DNA of 64,000 nucleotides, from positions 9,992,872-10,056,871 of the forward strand of contig NC_057718.1 in assembly GCF_004010195.1 (NCBI RefSeq), in the 5' to 3' direction. The translations under genes were made by a program, and so were the position numbers. The notes under the pieces were generated by a model. The model had not been told where the DNA came from, searched no databases, and saw only the letters and a list, made by a program, of their open reading frames with translations. Positions 13,815-26,440 of the stretch are shown piece by piece; positions within the stretch are counted from its first letter, which is position 1; every line of letters starts with the position of its first letter. Origin of the DNA: Chiloscyllium plagiosum. Lineage: Eukaryota.

Positions 13815-14140
13815 GTGGCTCCATTAGTAACACTCTGTCTCTGGGTCAGAAGATTGTGGATTCACATACACTGGAGAGATTTGAGTACCTAATCTCAGGT
13901 GACACTCTCGTGAAATACCGAGGGAGTGCTGCACTACCAGAGGTGCTGTCTTTTAGGTGTAATTATAAATTGAGGTTCCATCGGCCCTTTAAAAAGTACA
14001 TGGCAGTATTTCAAAGAAGAGCAAGGAGTCCTTACCAATAATTATCCTTCCAATCACTGTCCCCAAGGCAGCTGATTGGTTCCAGTTTCCATTTCTGGGG
14101 AGCTGGTGTGTACAAATTGAGTTCTGTGTTTCCTACTTCT
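13815..14140 (+). mobile_element. Ancient tRNA-derived SINE (SacSINE1/Deu-domain-like); related relics at about 34370-34690, 50400-50670, 51700-52115 and 60750-61190 (minus)
   Basis: ctctgggtcagaagattgtggattcac...gagggagtgctgcact...gaggtgctgtcttt...catggcagtatttcaaagaagagcaaggagt; family name from recalled consensus. Confidence 0.55.
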
Positions 14141-16089
14141 AGCAGCTCTGGTATCTGTGGACACCATCTCTGAAAGATTGGAGAGTTGCTTATAAACTTT
14201 CATCTAGAGTGCTGGCTGTTTTAATAGATGTAAATACGGTCACCCCGGGCCAAAGAGATGCAGATACATTTGGGAGGAGCCGTAGCATCATACAGCACAG
14301 AAACCGACCCTTTGGTCGAACTTGTCCACACTGACTAAGATTCCCAAAGCTAAACTCGTCCCATTTGCCTGTGGTTGATCCATAATCCATTGGGAGTAGG
14401 GCTTCACAGTCCTGACTATGTTTGGAGTTTTGTACAGATTGCTTTCCCTTTGACCCCATGTACTTTTTTGTCATTTGCCCGGTTTTGATTTCTCTTCAGG
14501 CACTTTATTTCTTTTGTCCTGTGTAGACCCAAACTGAACATTTTCTTTTGGCCCTATTCCTGCTGCGTTTTCTGGCAGAAAACTATTTTGAGATACGGCA
14601 AAGAAGTATATACTTGCAACTGTTTGACAGTCCATCAAGAGCTTTTACATTAACACCTACCAAAACCCTCTTCCTGTTCCTTTCAGCTGCTGTTGTCACA
14701 GATGGATCACGGCGGCCATTTTTAATGATGAACCTCACCTCCTGGATAGGAACGCACACACACTCTGGAATCTCACACACCCACCTTGTTCTTGTATCCC
14801 TTAATCCTCTTTTCCTTCATCCAGTTACTCAGTGTAATCTCATCTCAAAAGTTGACACAGTTTCTGTCTCGAAAACTAATCCTGGAAGTGAATTTCACAG
14901 CCTTGCAATGCACCATGAAAAAAGATGTTTCTCCAACCCTCTTCTAAATCTCTTCCATCTACTCTTCGGTCTGTCAGCACTCATTCTTAACCCCAATATG
15001 ATTGGAAACGGTAGCGAGAGTAGGCCATTCAGTGCCTCAAGCCTGACCTCCGGGAGAAGGAATTCCTTTGCACTTCAGTGTTGTCTGAGCTATTTGTCCT
15101 GAACTCATCAGGACAAATGCAAGAATACCAAATTTCAAACAATTTATATCTCGGTAGAAATGAGGGCTGATCGGTTGGCAGGTTGAATCTGATTGGCTGA
15201 GGTATGTCATGAAGATCTTAATAATTCACATAGATCTGGGCAAAAAAAACGTGCCATTCTTACCTGGTCTGTCGGGTGTGTGACTCCAATCCAAAGCTCC
15301 ACAGACTTAACTGCAGTGCCCTAACAAACCTCTTGGGGGTATAGTGTGGGTGAGTGGATAGAGTAGCCTTACGCCTGCTTGTGATGCCCATTGTAGTCAA
15401 ATAGCCAGACTGTGCTCAGTGCCTTGGCTGGTGGGTTACAACTTGGCCACAAAGAGCCACCCATTAAATCAGTGAGAGAATTTGGGGGCGCTTATTAAAC
15501 TGGAGAGGAGAAACAGAAAGTTTGATTTGTGCTGCAACACTTCATCAGATTTTCTTCAGGAGTAGAAGCCAGCCATGGGGAATCAGTGGGTAGGTGATGA
15601 GAGGGAATGGGAGGAAGAGAAGAGAATATGTTGGTGCCACCTATTGTTTCCAACAGTCTGAATTCTTTTATTCTGTTCCATCGCAGCCTCACAGAGGGCA
15701 ACGTACTCTCAAGTACAGTATAAGCTCATTTAAGTTACCAGAAACACACTCAAGTCTCACTGCTCACCTTAGATCACGGGTCAATGAATCTCTCTCTCTC
15801 TCTCTCTCTCTCTGTTGTTCGAGGAGATATGGCTTTCTCCTCACCTCCTTGGAGCTGACTGTCTGGTTTCTACAGTTGGCTGGCTCTTAACCCTGAGCAA
15901 TTCATTTAGAAAACAATGGAACAATGGAGTTGCTGGGGTGCAGTTTTTGAAACTATATTACCAGTTCCTCCTGCTCCCTCTGATTCACTCAGTGCAAAAA
16001 AAAACAAACACTTTATATTTAAGGTGAGTTTTTGGTTAGATGATGCAAGTAAAAGGGAAATTTAAAAAGATTTCTGTTTCTGAGCTGGA

Positions 16090-16392
16090 CAGACACAACC
16101 ACCCATGTATATGTGTGCACATATAGACCAACACACTGCAGCAGTGCACACAATCACATAGCAGATGCACACTCTCACTAATGGATTTAGACACATGCAT
16201 GCAAAGTAAAACACACACAGGTGTGTATGTGTATACACAGACCCATACACATGCAGAAATTGACACACGTGTATGCGTACACATAAACCCACACACACAA
16301 ATTGGCACACGTGTATACACAAATCCACACACATGCACAAATGGGCACACTCATGTACATACAGGCCCACACACACACACACATACACACAG
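16090..16392 (+). repeat. Degenerate (CA)n/(CATA)n low-complexity tract
   Basis: acacacatgcac-type units. Confidence 0.9.
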
Positions 16393-19044
16393 CGCCCTCA
16401 GGGTTACCAATTCTGGTAGGGTATTCTCCTGGAGGTTTCAAACATGACAATTCCAAGTTCACCCGGCAGTCAACTTGACTTAGTGAAACAGTCTTTTATT
16501 CACTCACAACCACTTTCCCAAAAACAATAACATTTGCAACTAATAAATGAAACTGTTTAAACACAATGGAAGAGCCAATCTTTCAATGCCCCTGTGATTT
16601 CTCGCCTGACTTTTTCTGACATGGCTTACAGTGACCTAGTGGAGTATGTGGGTAGGACTGTCCTGAAGAGTTATTAACTATACCTGCAGCTGGGAGGGGT
16701 GTAACCCCTTGTGCGAGGATGTTGTTTGATTGTAACACTTTCGCTCAGCCCACACAGTGCAGTTCAGTCTGAGTGACTCAGGGCTGCCAATCCTTCTGTG
16801 AAGTCAGGCTTCTTGAAAGATTTCCGCTTGCCTCAGCTTCCTGAGGGATGTTCCACATATTTCCATGAGGAAAGTTTCCACTAAACTTAACAAATGGGCT
16901 CATTTTCCTTCAAATCCCAGCAGCTGAAATGATTTCTCTTTCCACATAAATCCTTTGTCAGATCATATCTCCTGCCTTTGACATAAAAATGGTTTGAGTT
17001 CAATTTCCATTAAAACAGATATTATCATTGACAACGATGATGTACTGTGAATGATTGATTGTTTTCCCCTTCCTGTCATTGTAAACATGAAACATCTATG
17101 ACACAGTAGTAGGCCATTTAGCTCACCAGCTCCATACCACCATTAATGCTATCCTTCAGCCTCCTCTGGCCCTCAGCACCATATCTTTCTATATGTTTCT
17201 CCCTCATGTGTTTAATTAGCTTCCTCTTCAATGTATCTCTACTATTTCCTTCAGTATTCCATGTAGAAGGAGATAGATATGGTTCTTAGGACTGAAGAGA
17301 TCACAGACATGGGGAAAAAGCAAGAACAGAATACCGAGTTGGATGATCAGCCAGTAGTGTAATTTTTGTTAATTGTCATAAAGGATGGACTTTTTTTGCT
17401 GGCAAACGGTTAGTAACTATCTCTAATTACCCTGGAAGTGGCTTGCTAACCCATTTCAGAGGGCATTTAGGAGTCAAAGACATTGCTGTGGGTCTGCTGG
17501 TACATGCCGGTTAGACCATGTATGAACAGCAGATTGCCTTCCCAAAAAACCATTAGACTAACTTTTAATTCCCAGTTAACTTCACCACCTGCGACGGTGG
17601 GATTTGAGCCAGTTCTCCAGAACATAAGATAAGTGCTCAGGATTACTCATTTACTGACATTACCACTATGCTGTATTGTAACGTAGCCCAATATATCTGA
17701 TACACCAGCATATCATACGCAATTGCTTGCCTTCCAATGCCCACACTATTACTTGTGGTGTACCCGTTAATTCTGTCCATCTGTCCCTCAAAGATATCAT
17801 CCAAAATGCAGCATTAGGTTTCTTATGTACACTGCTGACATCCAGCTCAACTCACCACCGGCTCCCCAGGACTCCTCTTCCATTGTTGCTAAATGAGCAT
17901 TCTGTTTGTCTGACATCCATTACTGAATAAGTTAACATTTAATCCAGTTCAAGGTCCAAATCATTGAGTGGACCACCTTTTGCCTAGCTACTAACTCCAG
18001 CCTCCCTGAGGTTGGACTAGACTGCTCCTCACCTTGGCATTATATTTGACCTTCGGATATGTTTCAGACCTGAACTCTGCACATTGACTGCATCCACCTC
18101 CGTAATATGGTCCAGCTTTACCTTGATCTCAGCTGATGTGCTTCTCAATCCCTCCTTGATGCCTTGGTTCTCTCTAGATTCCGACATACTCTTTGTGGTC
18201 TGTCACCTTTTGCCCTTTCTAAATTTAAGGTCATCCAAAACTCAGGTGCCTATGTCTTAACTTGGCCCATTCACCCATCACCGCCAACCTACACTGGCTT
18301 CTAGTTAAGCAATAACTCGGGTTTTCAGGTTCTCATGCTTATTTTCAAATCGTTTTACATGTTACCTTTCTCTGTAATCTCCTCCAGCCCTACAACCCTC
18401 TGAGATATCTGCATTGTGTACCCCTAATTTTAAGTCATCTGCAATTATCCTTCACAGCACAGCAACAGATCTTTCGGTCCAACTTGTCCACGCCAACCAG
18501 ATATGCTAAATTAATCTAGTCCCATTTGGAGCATATCCAACCCTAAAGCCTTCCTATTCATGTACCCATCCTGATGCTTCTTAAACATTAATTAACCTAG
18601 CCTCCTCCACTTCCTCTGGCAGCTCACTTTCGATCCATCTTTGGTTGCCTGTCATTGGGACCTAAGCAAATTCCCCTCTAAGCCACACACAAACAGCATG
18701 GAACTATATCACAGTTCCTTGACCATCACTGGGCCAAGGTCCTGAAAGTTCCTCCCTGTTATCACCTTGGGTGTACCAACACCACATGGACTGCAGCGGT
18801 TAAAGAAGTCAGCTCATCACCACCACCACCTCTGGGGTGATTAGGAATGGACAATAAATGCTGACCCAGCCAGCGATGCCTACCACCTTGAGAAATTACC
18901 AAACAAAAACTCCGGTATTCCATCCCTAAACCTCTCTGACTCTGTCCCCTCCTTTAAAATATCACTCTCAAGCCATTAAGATATCTGTTGCATTGACTCA
19001 TTGTCAAATATTAATTGAAAGTCCACTAGAGGCTCTGTGTAAAT

Positions 19045-19350
19045 ATTAAAAATCAAACAACACCAGGTTATAGTCCAACGGGTTTAATTGGAAGCACATT
19101 AGCTTTTGAGGGGCTGCTCCTTCATCCGGTGATTGTGGAGAACACAATTGTAAGAGACAGAATTTATAGCAAAAGTTTACAGTGTGATGTAACTGAAATT
19201 ATACATTGAAAAATCCTTGATTGTTTGTTGAGTCTTTCATCTGTTCGAATATCATGATAGTTTCACTTCTTTGATATGTAAATCTCAAAACTTTTTTTTT
19301 AAAAGTTACATTCTCAGGTTAACTGTAACAATTGGTGTTAGCCAGATAAT
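19045..19350 (-). mobile_element. Penelope-type terminal repeat fragment (AGCT family), not palindromic
   Basis: caccaggttatagtccaac...ctccttcatccggtg, same family as 25161 and 50779. Confidence 0.7.
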
Positions 19351-19796
19351 AAGTTCTGTTCACTGGGTAAATGTGGTAGGCCAATAGGGGAATGAGTACA
19401 CATTCCTTGTTGAGAATGCATTCAGAAAAAAAAGGCAAGGGTTTGGAAGGGTCACTAACGACGCCCCTTGGAATGGAAAAAAGACTGTGTGCACAATCTT
19501 AAAAGTAGAAAATGTAACTTTAATTGTTGTCGATTTACTGAAACCACCAAGGATATTTGGCTGACTCTTTACTTTTTTTTTATGATGTATAAACATAACA
19601 TTTGTGTGTAAAAATAGTGCTGGCAAACATGAGAGACAACGCTAATTACTGCTGTGGCCCCCTCCTTGTTTGACCCGCTGCTTTAACACAGTACGGTTTT
19701 GTTTCAGTCTAATGTTCCCCCCTCTCTGTCTGTCAGATGTTCTGCACGTGTTTGAGATCATGCACTTTTTAGTCAGGCTGCCATCAGTTGGAGATG

Positions 19797-20014
19797 AGAC
19801 AAAAAAAACTGCAGATGCTGGAATCCAAAGGAGACTAGCGGGAGGCTGGAAGAACACAGCAAGCCAGGCAGCATCAGGAGGTGGAGAAGTCGATGTTTCA
19901 GGTGTAACCCTTCTTCAGGAACCTCCTGAAGAAAGGTTACATCTGAAACGTGGACGTCCGCACCCTCCTGATGCTGCCTGGCTTGCTGTGTTCTTCCAGC
20001 CTCCTGCCTTTCTA
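19797..20014. mobile_element. Palindromic Penelope-terminus mini-element
   Basis: Arms across about 19841-20004, centred near 19921; perfect 15-bp TSD catcagttggagatg at 19782-19796 and 20015-20029. Confidence 0.85.
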
Positions 20015-21749
20015 CATCAGTTGGAGATGTGAGAAATGAAATAGCAAAGCGTGTAACTGAAACAATATTGTGGGCTTCTATGATGAGTTGGTGGCATTGT
20101 TGGAGGGGGGGAAAGAGTGTGTGAAGGGGCAACTGGGAGGGATTATCTGAATTCTAGACTTGGGTTTAAACTGAACTTTAGTACAATGCCTGTTCCTAAA
20201 AACCATAAGAAGTAGCAGGAGTAGGCCATTCAGTCCCTTGATGTGCTGCCATTCAATAAGATCATGTGTGATCTAATTATGACCTTAAACTCCACTCTCC
20301 TGCTTATCCCTATAATCCTGTGTTCCCTTGTCAATCAAAAATCTATCCAACTCAATAGATGTGAAGCCGGAAAAGCACAGCACGTCAGACAGCATCCAAG
20401 GAACAGGAAAGTCAACGTTTCAGGATACTTTCAGCAAACCTGTTCTGACACTAACTCTGGACATGTCGCTGGGGGGTCTAACTTATTGCTCTCCAGCTAC
20501 TGACCACTGATTCCTTGGTGTATCCATCATCACAAGACCTTGCCTTCCTCTCCCCCACTCCCCCGAGTCAATTGGAAAACTCTGATGTTGCCTAACTGGG
20601 CAATGCTTAATTCTGCTTCTTTAAAACTCATAAATGTTCAAAGAAATGTTTTTTTGAAATGTAACTTTTTTTACAGATTCATTTTTATCCCCTGCATCGT
20701 TCATGGAAATTATTTTCCCCATTCCTGAACTCTCCATTGCAATCCTGGACAGTTGGCAGCTCTGACTATTTAGCTCTAGCTTCTTATAGCTTCAGGCTTT
20801 GTTGTTCTTTAAACTTATAAATAACTTATAAATAAACTTATTTAACAGGCTAAAGTCTTCGATTCCCTTCCGCACTGTATAGTGATGGCCTGCACAGTGT
20901 GTGACTTGAATCGTTTACTTTCATTAGGGAATGAATGAAACACACAGCGTTGGGATAACAACAGCTGCTTGACTTTTATTTGTTCTTGGGATGCAGGTAG
21001 TGCTATTACCCATCCCAAATTACCTGTCGCAAGGCGGTGGTGAAATGCCTCCTTGACCTGCTGGAGTCCATGTGAGATAGGAGCATCCACAGATGCCATG
21101 AGGAAGCGGGTTCCAAGAATTTGACCCAGCAAAATGAGAAATATTTCTAAGTCGGGAGGGTGTGGGGCTTGGGTAGCGGTGTTCCGATGTATCTGCTGTC
21201 CCTGTGCTTCTAGATGGTAAAGGTTGCAGGTTTAGACACTGTCAAAGGAAGCTTGATGCGTTGCTATGGTGCATTATGTAGATAGCACACACTGCTGACA
21301 CTTTGTGTTAATGGAGGAGCGAGTGGAAGCTGAAGAGATGCCAATAAAGTGAGCTGCTTTGACCCCGGATGGTGTCAAGTTTCTTGAGAGTTGTTGGAGC
21401 AGCACCATCCAGGCAAGTGAGGGGTATTCCATCACACTCCTTACTTGTAGGGGCGAAACAGGGTTCTCCTGGCAATGCAGCAATCCCTGTGCACTGCACT
21501 GTTGTGTGTTGACATTTTCTAACCAATCTGTTCAGAGATGCTATTGTACCCCTCAGGAGCAAGTGGACCTTAGGCTTAGAGGAGTCAGGCGATGAGTTAC
21601 TTGCTGTAGTATTCCTAGTCTCTAACCTGCCCTAGCATCCGCTATAAGGCCAGTCCAGCTCAGCATCTGGTGCTGACATTTTGTTAAAGACCTTTTCAGG
21701 ATCATCCAGGATAAGGATTAGAAAGGACAAATCAGCAGCACCAGCTCTC

Positions 21750-22113
21750 GAGGCTGGAGAGGAATCCGTTCAGCGTTGACTGTGAACTGAATCGAGCCCA
21801 CTCGTAACCAATTCAGCTCGTGCCCTTCAAATGAATCCCCTTTGCCCCTTCTCACTTTCCACCTCCATTTCTCCTCCTCAAAACCCACAGCCTCCGCTTT
21901 CTTTTTAATTTGCTGATTGTTAATCTCAAGCTGTGCGGTGGAGGGGAGGAGGAAATCTGTCTTTATTTCCCTCTGAATGGCTCGAGTCTGTGCCCCGAGG
22001 AGGGTGGTTGGGAGGCGATAGTGAACTGTGCATGTGACTGTGTCTGGCTCATCTCCTGGGGTGGCCTCCCCCTGTCTCTGTGGGGAGGGGGGAGGACCTG
22101 GTCACCTCTCGCC
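21750..22113 (+). promoter_or_regulatory. Putative promoter/5'UTR of the 22114 exon
   Basis: Repeat-free, CpG-containing; CCAAT at 21808-21812; pyrimidine-rich then GGGAGG-rich tracts immediately before the ATG. Confidence 0.4.
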
Positions 22114-22315
22114 ATGATCGCAGTTGCCCACGGTCTGCCCTCAGACTACGTGCTGGCCAGGTGTTGGCAGCAGCCGAACTGCACCCTGCTCCGCGGTGAA
22201 GACAGCGATGAGGAAGAGGAGCTTGTCCCGCTCAATGTGGGCACCGTGTTAGTCCCTCGACGCAGCCTTTTGAGGAAAAGTTTCCGGAAGAGAGGAGGAC
22301 GTTCTCTGTGGCACT
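22114..22315 (+). CDS. Candidate alternative first coding exon of the NHSL1-like gene (MIAVAHGLPSDYVLARCWQQPNCTLLRGEDSDEEEELVPLNVGTVLVPRRSLLRKSFRKRGGRSLWH), phase 1
   Basis: gccATG start, 67 codons + 1 nt, donor CACT|gtaaga. GC/CpG-rich non-repeat context. Phase matches exon 2 (T+CG = Ser, then VSNLDEE). No homologue recognised with certainty. Confidence 0.5.
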
Positions 22316-25160
22316 GTAAGAGGGGACGGGGCGATAGCTTTCTTAGAAACGTGTTGCCTGTTTGCTGCGTGTGCTTTGCTTGTCTGACTTCCACCTCCCC
22401 TCGAGGCTGCTGTTCCTGTCTCTGAGGTGCACTTGCTCCCTCCCATGTCCCCCCAGTCCATGTGGTACCAAATTTTGGAACAACAATGATGTCATGCTTC
22501 TTCAGCATCCACCAGCCGCAGCTGTGCAGTGAGGCGGGGGGTGGGGGGGGAGGTTTGTTGGGTGTGGGGGACAGGTTTGGTGCATCATAGGGAGCAGCAC
22601 CACCTGCTGGTTTCCCATAGCCTGTTTCTTCGCACTCTCTCAGCTGGGGTTCCCTGTGGATCGAACCTGCTCAGCCTGATTTGCCAGTATTCAGGCTCAA
22701 CAGGCCGATGGCCTTCTCCTGCTCCCATTCCTTCTGTGTTGTCTCTCCCTGACTGCCGCACCCCCAGTATTGTGAAAGGTGCTTTTGTTCGTACTTGTTC
22801 TGAGTGCTTGTGGTGTCCATCTACATTACGGCAATGGCCGCACCCCAAAATTACTCCCCTGGTCTTGACGCACTCTGAGACGACCTGCGAGATGATGTGG
22901 GGTGACGGTCCCTGTGAAACGCCTTCTAATTTTGTTCAGGGCTCTGTCCAATTGCAAGTGTCATTATCCTGAAGTGGTGAGAGCCATGGTATAAAATACA
23001 CCTGTTCCCTTTCACTTGTTTCAGTGGCCAAGACCAGCATTTCTTGCGGGTCTGTGATTTTACCATGAGATTATCAGCAACTTCAAAGAAAAATGTGATT
23101 GCTTTTCATCAAGTGGTTTGAAAGTATTGAGGTTAATGACTTCTTGTGAGTGCTGCGATTGGTATCAAAGGGAATGTATGCTTTTCCTAATGCCGCCATG
23201 TTTTCTGAATGACCTGTGTACAGATGACCCCATATCAATGGCTCTGTGTAGAGCACACTCTGTTGTGAGTTAGGGTTCTAACAGAGACAGGATTACAAAA
23301 ATCCAAACTTAGTGTCTGTCTTGTAAATGGAACTTTAAATCTTAGCAGCGCCTTTCGTAGAGTTTTGTTGCCCAGTGGTAATGACCTCACCACTGAGCCA
23401 GAAGGTCCGAGTTCAAGGCCCATTGCTCCAGAGGGGTGTAATAGCATCTCTGAACAGATTGGTTAGAAAATGTCAACACCCAACGGTGCAGTGCAGTGCA
23501 AAGGGATTGCTGCTAAGATTTAAAGTTTTGCCCCTAATTTATTTAGCTGAGGCCCTGTGTTGGGATTGGCCTAGAAGATCCCATGGCACCATCTTAAGCG
23601 AAATGGGAATGTTCTCCCAAAAGTCCTCTCCAATAACATGAGCAGCTCACTAGCTCCTTGTGGAGCCTCAACTGCACACGAACTGGCTACAGAAACACAG
23701 CTACTGGGCATACATTATGATTCATTGGATGTATAATGCTTTGAAACATCCAGAGGATGTCAGAGTTGCTATACAAGTGTACATTGTCGTTATTTTAAAA
23801 CATTGATTCATGGGACCTGGGGGTCACTGGCAATCCCAGTCCATCCCTATTTGCCCTTGAACTGATCGGCTTGACCACCATTTCAAAGGGCAGCTCAGAG
23901 TCATTTGCATTTTGGGAGTTATAGGACAGTGGGCCCGACCAGGTAAAGACATCACATTTCCTTCCCTGAAAAGCATTAGTGACCCATGATAGGATTATGA
24001 AATACTCCTTTATTGTCCTATTAACTGATGTTGGTGTGACTACCTTTCAATCGCAGATTTTAGCCCAAACTAAATTTCAATCCCACCACCTGCTGTCGGA
24101 GTGTGAATGAGAGTGCTCAGGGCTTCTAGATAACCAGTCCAGTGCCACCATGCTGTCTTTCCCTCACTGTGTACTCCACGGGGGTACTTTATCTCTTTCT
24201 GTTCTTGCGTAGAACAGGAGCCCTGTTTACAGAGAGCGCCTCGGTTTGAAAGTTGCAGCCTCCTCGTGTCTATCAGGACTCCCTAGGATTGTGAACAGGG
24301 CTGGAGGACTTTGCTGAACTCATTTATTTGAATGAGCCATTGTCTCTGTCACTCAGTGCGGAGGACATATGAGAAAGAGCAGGAGACCCACCTGTCTCCA
24401 CAGCTCACTCCTACACAAGAACCTGCTGTGTCACCACTCCAGCTTAGCTATCAGAAACCATCAATCATCACCACCTCCAGTCGCTGATCTGGCTTTACCT
24501 GTTCTCAGGTGGCTGTGTTTTATCAGTGTTAGAAGACTCTAAAGGTTCATGTAACTTTGCTGCTTTTCAATTCTAATGAAACTCAACTCTATACTTTCTT
24601 TTTAAAACCGATGTGCTGAGTATCTCTGCCCTCAGATGTAGCCTCAGGGTGAAGGGACGACCCTTTAGAACTGAGAGGAGGAGGAATTTCTTCAGCCAAA
24701 GGGTGGTGACTCTGTAGAACTCATTGACACTGACGGCTGTAGAGGCCTAGTTATTGAGTGTGTTTAAGACAGATATTGATTAGTAAGGGGGAGCAAAGGT
24801 CATAGGGAATAAATAGAAGAATGCGACTGAAAAAGATATCAGCCATGATCGATGTTGGAGCAGACTCAATGGGCTGAACAGCCTAATTCTGCTCTTATAT
24901 ATTATGGTCACTCTAAACAATTAATTGTTCAAGAATATTTTCTTCTTCCCATCAGTATGTACCACCTTATACCTAGCGGTGTTAAAATCAGTTTGCTGCT
25001 CACATATCCTGTTATGTATGTTTGTACTTTTACAGTACTTTGGTGTGTCAGAGGCACCAGTCAGTTTAATCTTCTGTAGCTCTGTTTGGCTGTTGCATGT
25101 TACCTGTCCACAAGAGGGAGCTCTTTCGCAGGTTTTAATGTTGTACAGTGCAATCATGGA

Positions 25161-25473
25161 TATGATTCGGAGATGCCAGTGTTGGACTGGGGTGTACAAA
25201 GTTAAAAATCACACAACACCAGGTTATAGTCCAACAGGTTTAATTGGAAGCACACTAGCTTTCGGAGCGTCGCTCCTTCATCAGGTGGTAGTGGAGGGCT
25301 CAATTTCAATCAATAACTGAAATTATACATCACACCGTAAATCTTTGCTATAAATTCTGTGTGTTAGGATTGAGCCCTCCACTACCACCTGATGAAGGAC
25401 CATCGCTCTGAAAGCTAGTGTGCCCCCAATTAAACCTGTTGACTATAACCTGGTGTTGTGTGATTTTTAACTT
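25161..25473. mobile_element. Palindromic Penelope-terminus mini-element (AGCT family)
   Basis: Arms about 25197-25304 and 25368-25475; TSD tgcaatcatgga/tgcaataatgga (25149-25160, 25474-25485). Confidence 0.85.
25253..25287 (-). ncRNA. Minimal hammerhead ribozyme motif (intact)
   Basis: Reverse complement reads CAC-CTGATGA-A-GGAGC-GAC-GCTCC-GAAA-G-CTA-GTG. Confidence 0.75.
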
Positions 25474-25734
25474 TGCAATAATGGAGGTAGTCTGTGATCC
25501 TTACACAGTGCAGCTGGCTAATAATGGAGACATCAACGAATTTTCACTCATGTCTTCATTGCATCCCAAGTGCTACATAGCCAGTGAAATCTAGTGACGA
25601 ATGTAAGAATCACAGCAGATCCCATCCACAGAAACAGACAAGTTCAACCACCCTGCATTTTTTTTACTGACACTGCACAAAGGATTAATATTAGCCAGGA
25701 CATCAGGGAAGAATCCTTGCTTTTCTAGAAATAA

Positions 25735-26047
25735 TGCACAGTGGCACAGTGGTTAGCACTGCTGCCTCACAGCGCCAGAGACCCGGGTTCAATTCCCGCC
25801 TCAGGCGACTTACTGTGTGGAGTTTGCACATTCTCCCTGTGTCTGCGTGGGTTTCCTCCGGGTGCTCCGGTTTCCTCCCACAGTCCAAAAATGTGCAGGT
25901 TAAGTGAATTGGCCATGCTAAATTGCCCATAGTGTTAGATTAAGGGGTAAACGTAGGGCAATGGGTCTGGGTGGGTTGTGCTTCGGCGGGTCGGTGTGGA
26001 CTTGTTGGGCTGAATGGCCTGTTTCCACACTGTAGGGAATCTAATCT
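25735..26047 (+). mobile_element. HE1-type SINE
   Basis: Same consensus as 46390. Confidence 0.9.
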
Positions 26048-26249
26048 TTCCCATTCACCTGGCTCTCAGGCTTAACATCTGAGTATTTAGCAGTGCAGCA
26101 CTCCCTCAGTACTTACTCTGTGAACAGTGCTTCACCCAAACACATATTTTCTGCCAGCTGTAAATACTGTCCCTCAATTCCTCACTGAGAGTGCTGCTTT
26201 AACACAGTACTGACCAACCGATATTGCAAAGCATCCTCACTGCTGCTTT

Positions 26250-26440
26250 GACTGTGCGACACTCCCTCAGTACTGTCCAACAGTGCAGCACTCCCTCTGT
26301 ATTCCTCTGACAGTGCGACGCTCATTCAGCACTGACTGACAGTGTGACGCTCCCTCAGCACTGACTGACAGTGTGACGCTCCCTCAGCACTGTCCGACAG
26401 TGCGACGCTCCCTCAGCACTGTCCGACAGTGCTGATGCTC
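26250..26440 (+). repeat. About 28-bp tandem repeat (gacagtgcgacgctccctcagcactgact)
   Basis: 6-7 imperfect copies, related to the cagtgcagcactccctcagtact segment of the ancient SINE. Confidence 0.9.

Noticed and set aside
15575..15600. MGNQW myristoylation-like start with gtaggt donor
   Set aside because: The donor is phase 0, so it would be out of frame with exon 2.
16036..16462. Cys/Val/His-rich ORFs
   Set aside because: Translations of a CA-rich microsatellite.
26250..26440. CRISPR-like 28-bp repeat array
   Set aside because: Head-to-tail tandem repeat with no unique spacers and no cas genes, in vertebrate DNA.
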